IMG/VR virus record: IMGVR_UViG_3300019477_000150
Reading direction: 5' to 3' (one strand)
Length of the DNA stretch: 37,117 nt
Origin: a virus
Under the pieces are notes generated by a model that did not search any database, was not told the origin of the DNA, and saw nothing but the letters and a program-made list of their open reading frames with translations. The translations under genes and the position numbers were made by a program. Of the stretch, positions 26,827 to 34,104 are shown piece by piece (position 1 is the stretch's first letter; the number at the start of each line of letters is the position of its first letter).

Positions 26827-27883
26827 TTAAATCTCTTATGGACCATCTAATGAATGTCCCTTGTATTTTGGATTTAAGTTTTATGATTTTATCATTTTTT
26901 GTTAAATATAAAAAGCTATCAGTTGCAACCTCTAGTGAAGCACTCTTACTCATATCTTGCTGAATAATATCTATAAAATTTTTAAAAGCTATCATCCCAA
27001 ACCCCCTGTTTTTGTTTTTGTCTTTATATTTTGATAGATTAGACCTACATAAAGTTCGCAAGGTATTCCCTTTCCCAATACGTTTTAATAATCTATGCAT
27101 GGCTATTGAAAACTTATTTTTTTCACTCTCTAATGATTTAAATATCCCCATGCCTGTATCATAGAAAATAAATTCAATTTCTTTGTCATCCTTATTGTAT
27201 GCACCCATAAACCATACTTTTTTATCCCCATCAAAATCAACAAAAGCGTGCTCGCTCGAGTTTGCCATTGCCTCAAAAATTGCATCAAATAACTCATCTT
27301 TATTTTTTTCTAAAATTTTATTCTCGCCAGCAAAAAAATCTATAATTGGATAGTGAAATTCGTTGTCTATTTGCACGCCATCACGATAATCTATTTTTAG
27401 GTATTTTTGCCCTTCTTTGATTGCTTCTTTTCTTGGGTTTATACACAATGCATCCCAATACCCTATGGCAGCCAATCTTTGATCTATTGATTTTATTGGC
27501 GAAATTTTACTACTTCTTATTAACTTTTGCCCACTAAAAATATTATTAATCCCAACAGTCATTAGAAGGATAGAAGCATTGTCGATTTCTCTCATCTTTC
27601 TATGATCCATAGACATTATGCAACTATGTCTTTTGTTTTGGTAATTTTTGAGTTTATCAAGTGTAGAATTTATGAGTTTTATATCTTCAGGGAAAACTAT
27701 TTTTTCAGGCATCTCAATTTTATATAGCACCTTATTTTTATGACACAAATCATGGGGAGGGTTAAAATTGTGCTCGTGAGTGCTTTTTTTATTTTTACGC
27801 TTAATTTTTTTTCGCACTTTTCGTCTATAATTTGGCACATCCGTAACCGAAGAAACTTTACTATTCTCTATAATAATTTTCAT
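26801..27883 (-). CDS. GHKL / histidine-kinase-like ATPase with a basic, Lys-rich N-terminal region, 360 aa.
   Basis: Bergerat-fold motifs in the correct order: N-box FEAMANSSEHA, G1 DTGMGI, G2 NRGFGMIAF. The start lies 31 nt after the repressor stop. Confidence 0.5.
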   Translation of the reverse strand: MKIIIENSKVSSVTDVPNYRRKVRKKIKRKNKKSTHEHNFNPPHDLCHKNKVLYKIEMPEKIVFPEDIKLINSTLDKLKNYQNKRHSCIMSMDHRKMREIDNASILLMTVGINNIFSGQKLIRSSKISPIKSIDQRLAAIGYWDALCINPRKEAIKEGQKYLKIDYRDGVQIDNEFHYPIIDFFAGENKILEKNKDELFDAIFEAMANSSEHAFVDFDGDKKVWFMGAYNKDDKEIEFIFYDTGMGIFKSLESEKNKFSIAMHRLLKRIGKGNTLRTLCRSNLSKYKDKNKNRGFGMIAFKNFIDIIQQDMSKSASLEVATDSFLYLTKNDKIIKLKSKIQGTFIRWSIRDLSEEQNDGK

Positions 27884-27914
27884 AAGATTTTCTCGCTTTT
27901 TTAGAAAAACACCC

Positions 27915-28619
27915 TTACTTTATCCCATAATCCTCAAACGTCAGCCCTTTATACACTTCGCAATGGACTTTACCGCAGACTTTGCCAAGTATCTCACACT
28001 CGTAGCCCTCTTTATGTGGGTATATGTCGCTATATTTTGGGTTTAGGCTGATTAGTTTTATTTTATTCTGTGGCAAAAACTCAACCCTTTTGATATAGAC
28101 TACGTCGTCCATTCTGACAATATAAACGCCAGCTATACGCACGAAGTTATCCCTACCTGCTACCATATCAGCAATAGCCCAGTCACCCTCGTAAAAATCA
28201 GGCTCCATGCTATCGCCTACCACTTCGAAAATGCGTAAATTTTTAGTATCAAGCCCTTTTAGAAAAGCTTTATCAACGGCAATCTTTCGCTCGTCTTTTT
28301 GAAGCATAGCGAGATCATAAACGCCCTCGCTACCTGCGCCTATACGCATTTCGGATTTTGGGACATATACCATATTTTCTTGAGGTTTAGAAAAAAGGCT
28401 TTGTTTTACAACCTCATTTACGTCTAATTTTAACACTTTAGCTACGCCTATCATATTTTTTAAGTCAGGCACAATAGGCTCTTTCATAAACCATTTTTTA
28501 ATAGCCGATTCTGTGATAGGGTAGCCTGCATTTGTCATATCTATTGCTAAATCGGCGTATCTAATCTTTTTTTCTTTCATTTTCTCTTTTAAAAAATCAG
28601 TGTTTAGCAGAAAATCCAT
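27915..28619 (-). CDS. cI/LexA-type phage repressor (N-terminal HTH, C-terminal S24 peptidase).
   Basis: GDSM (Ser) and YIKRV (Lys) catalytic dyad. Divergent from a Cro-like gene, with operator palindromes in the spacer. Confidence 0.85.
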   Translation of the reverse strand: MDFLLNTDFLKEKMKEKKIRYADLAIDMTNAGYPITESAIKKWFMKEPIVPDLKNMIGVAKVLKLDVNEVVKQSLFSKPQENMVYVPKSEMRIGAGSEGVYDLAMLQKDERKIAVDKAFLKGLDTKNLRIFEVVGDSMEPDFYEGDWAIADMVAGRDNFVRIAGVYIVRMDDVVYIKRVEFLPQNKIKLISLNPKYSDIYPHKEGYECEILGKVCGKVHCEVYKGLTFEDYGIK

Positions 28620-28639
28620 GTTTAATCCTTTCTTAAAAA

Positions 28640-28730
28640 AGTTCAGTTTTATTATACCATTGTTTTTAAAAATAATAGTTCAATACTATTGAGCTTTTTT
28701 AACTTTTTTTAAGTTCTTTTAAATTATACT
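28640..28730. promoter_or_regulatory. O_R-like operator cluster (3 sites) with divergent P_RM/P_R-type promoters.
   Basis: AGTTCAGTTTTATTATACC (28640), AGTTCAATACTATTGAGCT (28677) and AGTTCTTTTAAATTATACT (28712), spaced about 35-37 bp apart. Confidence 0.5.
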
Positions 28731-28737
28731 TTACACT

Positions 28738-28947
28738 ATGAATAAAAAAGAATTAGGACAAATTTTAAGAAAGCACTACGGTGCTAAGTCATCAATGGTA
28801 AAAAAGGTTAGAGCAGGCATAAATAAGCCCTCTTACGAAATGATGGTTAAGTTCGACGATGATGGCGTGCCTTTTAGAGCATGGATGGATATTAAAGCAT
28901 GGCTGGCAAAGCAGACAAAAAAGGAGGCTAAGAATGATAGCAAATAA
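28738..28947 (+). CDS. Cro-like small regulator (YdaS/Cro family), 69 aa.
   Basis: Small basic protein divergent from cI. ...GVPFRAWMDIKAWL resembles the YdaS/Cro C-terminal motif. Confidence 0.5.
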   Translation: MNKKELGQILRKHYGAKSSMVKKVRAGINKPSYEMMVKFDDDGVPFRAWMDIKAWLAKQTKKEAKNDSK

Positions 28948-29098
28948 CAGCGTAGTCGAGAAAGTAAAAAACAAAAATTTTAGAAAGTCGCTTAAAAAGA
29001 TGCTTAAAGAGCTTAACAAACTTCCTATAGACGACCAAGCCAAGATGGTAAAAATGTTAGCTAGTTACTGCTCTATGAGAGCTAATTATGATCTTTGA
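28934..29098 (+). CDS. Small hypothetical protein, 54 aa (MIANNSVVEKVKNKNFRKSLKKMLKELNKLPIDDQAKMVKMLASYCSMRANYDL).
   Basis: SD AAGGAGG before ATG 28934. The track's longer 28859 start overlaps cro out of frame. Confidence 0.4.
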   Translation: MIANNSVVEKVKNKNFRKSLKKMLKELNKLPIDDQAKMVKMLASYCSMRANYDL

Positions 29099-29149
29099 GC
29101 TTGTCTAGTGCGGGCTTAATATTTTCAGCAATGGTGTTAAAAATCTTGG

Positions 29150-29173
29150 CTACCGCTTTACTTGCGGTAGCAG
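29150..29173. terminator. Perfect 8-bp GC-rich hairpin GCTACCGC-TTTACTT-GCGGTAGC; candidate (bidirectional) terminator after the cro operon.
   Basis: The stem-loop is followed by GGTTTTG on the + strand and by ATTTTT on the - strand. Confidence 0.3.
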
Positions 29174-29341
29174 GGTTTTGAAAAACATCGCTAATTTGCG
29201 ATTGCTTTTCTAGTAAAGCTTTTGTGAGTTCTAAAACTATCTCTTTATCTGTCATATAAGTCCTTTTTATGGATTTCTTGGTTTGGTCGCTTAGAAATTT
29301 TAAAAGGGCTTATCTGAAAGATAGCTTTAAGGAGCGTTTTA

Positions 29342-29611
29342 ATGGTAGCTAATAATAGCCTAGAGGCATATAACAAAATAAAACCTGAGCTAAGCGGCAA
29401 ACGTAGGGCCGTATATGAAATGTTTTGCCAGCACAAAGAGGGTGCGACAAGGCAAGAAATAGCACGCTGGTATAACGTAGCAATAAACAGCGTCTGCGGA
29501 CGTGTAAATGAGCTAGTAGAGCGTGGCTATTTGATCGAAATCGGATCAAAAAAAGACGTAATAAGTGGGTGCAGCACGTCGATATTAAAGCCCACTGAAA
29601 GGATAGCATAA
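29342..29611 (+). CDS. Winged-helix DNA-binding protein, 89 aa.
   Basis: SD AAGGAG. ...ATRQEIARWYNVAINSVCGRVNELVERGYL... is HTH-like. Confidence 0.45.
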   Translation: MVANNSLEAYNKIKPELSGKRRAVYEMFCQHKEGATRQEIARWYNVAINSVCGRVNELVERGYLIEIGSKKDVISGCSTSILKPTERIA

Positions 29612-29690
29612 TGAGCCAAATGTATATAGGCTATATACTCTGCGCGTTATTAATACTTGACGCAGTTTATCAAACTTGGAGGGGGTTTAG

Positions 29691-30524
29691 ATGAGTATAA
29701 GAATAATGAGCCAAGTTTGGAATATGGAGATCGAGGATAGCACCACAAAGCTAACGCTTATGGCTTTGGCTGACTTTTCAGATGATGAGGGCTATTGCTA
29801 CCCTAGCTATGAAGTCTTAGCCAAAAAAATATCAAAATCTAAAAGAACAGCAATAAGGGCAGTCGAAAAGTTGGCTGAGCTTGGATTTTTACAAAAAGAA
29901 AAAAGAGAATTAAAAGACGGAACAAGTAGTGCAAATCTATACAAAATTTTAAGCGAAAAGGATAGGGTGACACAGACGCACCCTAGGGTGACAAACGAAA
30001 AAGAGAGGGTGACAAGTATGACACTACCTAGTGACACAGATGACACCCCTAGGGTGACAAGTATGACACCGTGTAGTGACAAGGGTGTCACCCCTATTAA
30101 TATAACCACCAATAGAACCGTCAGTAGAACCATCAAAGAACCGTCAATTAACCCCCTACCCCCTAAGGACGTTTCACTACCTGACTTCATTGATCCAAAC
30201 CTTTGGCAAGAATATCTAGCCTACAAAAAAGAACGACGAGAAAAATTAAGCTCTAAGGGTATCGAGATGAAATTTAGCGAGTGGGCTAAATGGGCAAGCG
30301 AGGGCATAGACGTCAATGAGTGCCTTAGAGAAGCAATGCGTAACGAGTGGCAAGGGGTATTTAAGCCAAAGCCAACCTACAAGGCACAAAACGGCTTAAG
30401 CCTAAGCGTAGAGGACGTAAGACGCTTTGGTGGTGACGTAAGCTACTACATCGAAAGCACAAGAGAAACGAACGCCATAGCAAATCAAAACGTGGCATAT
30501 ATCGAAAACAAGGAGCCGTTTTAA
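29691..30524 (+). CDS. Replication initiator (O-like/HTH_36-type N-terminal domain) with an iteron-containing origin inside the gene.
   Basis: N-terminal ...LTLMALADFSDDEGYCYPSYEVLAKKISKSKRTAIRAVEKLAELGFL resembles phage replication-initiator HTH domains. Internal DNA repeats are listed separately. Confidence 0.55.
   Translation: MSIRIMSQVWNMEIEDSTTKLTLMALADFSDDEGYCYPSYEVLAKKISKSKRTAIRAVEKLAELGFLQKEKRELKDGTSSANLYKILSEKDRVTQTHPRVTNEKERVTSMTLPSDTDDTPRVTSMTPCSDKGVTPINITTNRTVSRTIKEPSINPLPPKDVSLPDFIDPNLWQEYLAYKKERREKLSSKGIEMKFSEWAKWASEGIDVNECLREAMRNEWQGVFKPKPTYKAQNGLSLSVEDVRRFGGDVSYYIESTRETNAIANQNVAYIENKEPF
29963..30096. repeat. Iteron array: TAGGGTGACA x4 plus degenerate copies, two roughly 46-bp tandem units (18-bp exact repeat GGGTGACAAGTATGACAC x2) and the inverted GGGTGTCACCC; followed by AGAACC(G/A)TCA x3.
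   Basis: Direct reading of the repeats at 29963, 29984, 30004, 30050 and 30083. Confidence 0.65.
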
Positions 30525-31165
30525 TGAACCGCATACAAACGATCAAAGAAGCGCTTGGCGCAAATGAAACACAAGCACTAATCACAGCAGAATTGCTTAA
30601 GCCGCTAAAAGATGAGGATATTATCCCATTTTTTGCATATAGGACAAACTTTATCCAACCAAAGCAGTCAAGCGAGCTAATCACAAAAAACGCCGTAGCA
30701 GCTTTTAGAAAACAAAAAGCACTAGAGATGATCAGCGAGGGAAAATTTAGCTTTAAAAATATCGAGCAGCTAGTAGAGTTTGTAAAAACATTTTTTCGCA
30801 ATGAGAGGCTTTGTTATGGCACAGTCTATAAAGATTTTGTAATTATCGGCGTTGATGAATACGGCAACTTGATCAACCACTACCAAATCAACCAAGCAGG
30901 CAAGCCAGTACAGCTAAGCAGCGATAGCGAAGCAGAAGTTTATGCGTGGCTCTTTGAAAACCAAAAACGTATCGGTGTGATCAAATACGTAAGCGAAAGA
31001 GAAGTAAAAGAAAAAGAGAAAGAGCAGGCAAAAATAGAGGTGGCGAATAACGTAAATTTGCTCCCAGCTGACCCAGACGCACCGATAGAAATGAGCGACG
31101 AGGCAAGAGCAAGACTAAGGGTTGGACTATCTGCCCTTGCGGCGAATATGGCAAAGAGAGCGTGA
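30524..31165 (+). CDS. Hypothetical replication-module protein, 213 aa.
   Basis: ORF whose ATG overlaps the initiator stop. Confidence 0.4.
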   Translation: MNRIQTIKEALGANETQALITAELLKPLKDEDIIPFFAYRTNFIQPKQSSELITKNAVAAFRKQKALEMISEGKFSFKNIEQLVEFVKTFFRNERLCYGTVYKDFVIIGVDEYGNLINHYQINQAGKPVQLSSDSEAEVYAWLFENQKRIGVIKYVSEREVKEKEKEQAKIEVANNVNLLPADPDAPIEMSDEARARLRVGLSALAANMAKRA

Positions 31166-31166
31166 G

Positions 31167-31349
31167 ATGAAAGCCGTATATATCACAATAGCCGAAAGCG
31201 GAGCTAGCATAATCGCAAAGGTAGCAGACGAAAATAAAAAAATACTTGATAGCTTCGAGGTAAGTCGCAAGGACGCAAGCGGTGTGCTTGAAATAATGAG
31301 AAAGTGGAACGAGAAGCACAAGGACGAGGAAACAAGGGGGCTATTTTGA
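31167..31349 (+). CDS. Hypothetical protein, 60 aa.
   Basis: ATG lies 1 nt after the upstream stop. Confidence 0.35.
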   Translation: MKAVYITIAESGASIIAKVADENKKILDSFEVSRKDASGVLEIMRKWNEKHKDEETRGLF

Positions 31350-31603
31350 GATTAACTCGAAGCGAAAATAAAGCCTACCAACTAAGGCTACTTGAAGCCT
31401 ACCCACTTTGTCAAATATGCGAGGAGCAACAAAGCATAGAGTGTCATCACGTACGCTATGGCAAATTTGGGGCAGATAAGGACGACAGCAAACAAATAGC
31501 CGTTTGTAGAGAGTGTCATCAATGGTGTCACGCTCACAAACACGAAAGCATAGAAAAATACGAGGAGGTAGCAGATGAGAATTGGCAACGTTTTGGCGAG
31601 TAA
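31346..31603 (+). CDS. DUF968-like HNH-type zinc-binding protein (putative HNH nuclease).
   Basis: ...PLCQICEE...ECHHVRYGKFGADKDD...AVCRECHQWCHAHKH. TTG start with SD AAGGGGG 5 nt upstream and a TTGA overlap with the upstream stop. The track's ATG 31304 is in frame but has no RBS. Confidence 0.45.
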   Translation: MRLTRSENKAYQLRLLEAYPLCQICEEQQSIECHHVRYGKFGADKDDSKQIAVCRECHQWCHAHKHESIEKYEEVADENWQRFGE

Positions 31604-31946
31604 ATACCACAACCGCAAGACCAAAGGCTTTGATAGTGCAAAGGAGTGGAGGCGTAACCAAGAGCTAGAAACCTTACAACGAGCTGGTGAGATAAGCGAA
31701 CTAAACCGCCAAGTGCCGTTTGTGTTAATGCCTAGCTACACCATAGCAGACGAAACAACAAGACAAGGCTTTAGAACTGTGCGCGAGATCAGATATATAG
31801 CGGATTTTACCTATCGCTTAAAAAATGGTACACGCATCATTGAGGACGTAAAGGGAATGCAAACAGATGTTTTCAAAATAAAGCGAAAATTACTAGAGAG
31901 AAAAATAGCCCTTGGAGCAATAGAGGGCGAGTTTAGGATTTATTGA
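31575..31946 (+). CDS. DUF1064-like putative PD-(D/E)XK nuclease/resolvase.
   Basis: ...FDSAKEWRRNQELETLQRAGEISEL...IRYIADFTY...IEDVKG...FKIKRKL. Strong SD GAGGAGG. Confidence 0.4.
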   Translation: MRIGNVLASKYHNRKTKGFDSAKEWRRNQELETLQRAGEISELNRQVPFVLMPSYTIADETTRQGFRTVREIRYIADFTYRLKNGTRIIEDVKGMQTDVFKIKRKLLERKIALGAIEGEFRIY

Positions 31947-32413
31947 TGGCGAAGCTCACAGAGGCAATAAAAGAGAAAATTTTAGCGGATTTTCATACTG
32001 GAGCATATACGGTTAGGCAGTTAGCGGATAAATACGACGTAAGCCATGTAACTATTGTAAAGATGACCAAGGGGCTAACACCTAAAAATAAAGAAAAAGT
32101 TACCACTTTAGTTGCGGTAAAAACGGAATTGGCAGAGCAAAGTTACCAAGAAGTTACCAGCGTTAATGAAGTGGTAAACGAGAAGACAAAACATTTGCTC
32201 TATTTTCAAAACGCAGCGCTAAGAAACCAAAAGAAAGCGGACGAGATGCTAGAAATGAGCGATAGGATAGCAGACGTTGAAGCACACAGCAGGATAACCG
32301 CTAGAAATAAAGAGACTGTGCTAGGTCGTGAGGCTGATACTGTGATCAACAATGCAAACGTGCAAAGCGAGCAAAAGATCATAATTGAGCGAAAGGAGTT
32401 AAAGGGTGAATAA
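31946..32413 (+). CDS. Terminase small subunit candidate (N-terminal HTH).
   Basis: Position immediately 5' of terL. ...YTVRQLADKYDVSHVTIVKM is an HTH. TGATG overlap with the upstream stop. Confidence 0.4.
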   Translation: MAKLTEAIKEKILADFHTGAYTVRQLADKYDVSHVTIVKMTKGLTPKNKEKVTTLVAVKTELAEQSYQEVTSVNEVVNEKTKHLLYFQNAALRNQKKADEMLEMSDRIADVEAHSRITARNKETVLGREADTVINNANVQSEQKIIIERKELKGE

Positions 32414-32518
32414 AATCACTTGGGCAGATATTGTCTTTTGTGTAGTTGTAAGCATTGCTATTGCAAGCGTGATCTGCGTTTGGCTCTTTATCGAGGCGAT
32501 ATTTGAAAAGGTAGCAGG

Positions 32519-33808
32519 GTGAGCGATATAAATCTAAGTCTAACCTATACACCGTGGCAAAAAGAAGTCTTTTTTGAGAATACTGCACGCTTTACCACGA
32601 TAGAGAAAGGGCGCCGTGTAGGATTTACCAAGGGCATAGCAAACGCTACGATTGAGTGGCTACTAGAAGGCAAAAAAGTGCTTTGGGTAGATACTATCAC
32701 GTCAAACCTACAAAGATATTATGAACGCTATTTTTTGCCTGAGCTAAAAGCCTTGCCAAAAGAGCTATATAAATTTCACGCTCAGGATAAAAAGCTAAGC
32801 ATCGGTGAGGGCTATCTTGATATGAGAAGTGCAGAACGCCCAGAAAACATTGAGGGCTTTGGGTACGATATAGTGATACTAAACGAGGCAGGCATAATTT
32901 TAAAAGATGCCTATCTTTGGGACAACGCCATAAGAGCAATGTTGCTCGATAATCCAAAATCAAGAGCATTTATAGGCGGCGTACCAAAAGGCAAGAACCG
33001 CTTTTATGACCTTGCAAAGCGCGGCATGAGTGGGGATAAAGACTGGAAAAACTATCAAATATCAAGCTTTAATAATCCACTGCTCAAAAAAGAGCAGATA
33101 GACGAAATGGTGGCAGAGCTTGGCGGTATAGATAGCGACGTAGTGCGACAAGAGATATACGGCGAGTTTTTGGATACCACCTCAAACGCGTTATTCAACC
33201 TTGCGCTCATTGAAAACGCATTTAGTACGCAGATGTCAAACGAAAAAGCTAGCATTGTTTGGGGACTAGACGTGGCACGTGAGGGAGATGATGAAAGCGT
33301 ACTTTGTATTAGGCAAGGATACGGCGTCACAAACTTTTATACTTTTCGGCTTGATAGTGTGACAGCTTTAGCAAGGGAGATTTTTGGAATATATGAGAGA
33401 AGTGAGGATAAGCCAGACGCTATTTTTATTGATAGTGTTGGTGTTGGTGCTGGTGTGTTTGATACTCTAGTGGATTTTGGCTTGCGTGGTATAGCGAGAG
33501 AGGCAAAATTTTCATACAAAGCTACAAACGAAAAGCTTTATGCTAACAAGAGAGCAGAGGCTTATTTCACACTCAAAGAGAAATTTAGGCTACTTAGTAT
33601 CGTGCCAAACGACAAGCTCAAAAAGCAACTTAGCACTATTAGCTTTTATTACGATAAGAAAGAGCGTTACTTACTCTTGCCAAAAGAAAATATCAAAAAA
33701 GAATTTGGCTTTAGCCCTGACCTTGCAGACGCGCTTGCTCTTACCTTTTTTGATCCATTGCCAGCAAAAATGAACACGATCAACTACGATGACGGAGATA
33801 TTTGGTGA
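32519..33808 (+). CDS. Terminase large subunit.
   Basis: ATPase block ...GRRVGFTKG...VILNEAG... and a C-terminal nuclease-like region. Size and position fit terL. Confidence 0.8.
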   Translation: MSDINLSLTYTPWQKEVFFENTARFTTIEKGRRVGFTKGIANATIEWLLEGKKVLWVDTITSNLQRYYERYFLPELKALPKELYKFHAQDKKLSIGEGYLDMRSAERPENIEGFGYDIVILNEAGIILKDAYLWDNAIRAMLLDNPKSRAFIGGVPKGKNRFYDLAKRGMSGDKDWKNYQISSFNNPLLKKEQIDEMVAELGGIDSDVVRQEIYGEFLDTTSNALFNLALIENAFSTQMSNEKASIVWGLDVAREGDDESVLCIRQGYGVTNFYTFRLDSVTALAREIFGIYERSEDKPDAIFIDSVGVGAGVFDTLVDFGLRGIAREAKFSYKATNEKLYANKRAEAYFTLKEKFRLLSIVPNDKLKKQLSTISFYYDKKERYLLLPKENIKKEFGFSPDLADALALTFFDPLPAKMNTINYDDGDIW

Positions 33809-34104
33809 AAGAGTGTCAAAATTGGGTAGATTTGAGAAAACAAATCGAGTATATTTTTGAGCGTATTGATGTGGAGCTAATTAGAAAGGTGGCAACGCTT
33901 GATGATGAGGCTTTGCGTCTTTGTTTTTGTGTGATGATTTGTGAGTGGCTAAAGGGAGCAAAATTTATCCCTACAAAGCAAGCTAGAGTAAAACTTGCAA
34001 CGGCTCTAAAAGAAAAAGGGGTTGATAAAAAACGAGTGAAAGAGCTAACAAATGTCAGCAGAAGCACAATTTACAGAGTAGGACACGAAAATGACGAACG
34101 ATGA
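33802..34104 (+). CDS. Small protein with C-terminal HTH, 100 aa.
   Basis: Overlap-coupled between terL and the portal gene. Confidence 0.4.
   Translation: MVKECQNWVDLRKQIEYIFERIDVELIRKVATLDDEALRLCFCVMICEWLKGAKFIPTKQARVKLATALKEKGVDKKRVKELTNVSRSTIYRVGHENDER

Noticed and set aside
26387-26830. 147-aa plus-strand ORF
   Set aside because: It is antisense to the DUF4325-like and membrane-protein genes, has no SD and a low-complexity product.
28792-29043. 83-aa minus-strand ORF
   Set aside because: It is antisense to the cro-like gene and the downstream small gene and conflicts with the well-supported divergent cI/cro layout.
29245-29609. Minus-strand ORFs 29245..29436 and 29349..29609
   Set aside because: They are antisense to the SD-preceded winged-helix gene (29342..29611) and have no support.
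29963-30096. Possible CRISPR array (short direct repeats)
   Set aside because: The repeats are 10-18 bp, irregularly spaced, partly inverted, and lie inside a protein-coding gene. This is iteron/origin architecture, not a repeat-spacer array. No cas genes are present.
32408-32522. 38-aa GTG-initiated hydrophobic ORF between terS and terL
   Set aside because: Non-ATG start, no clear RBS, very short. It cannot be supported from sequence alone.
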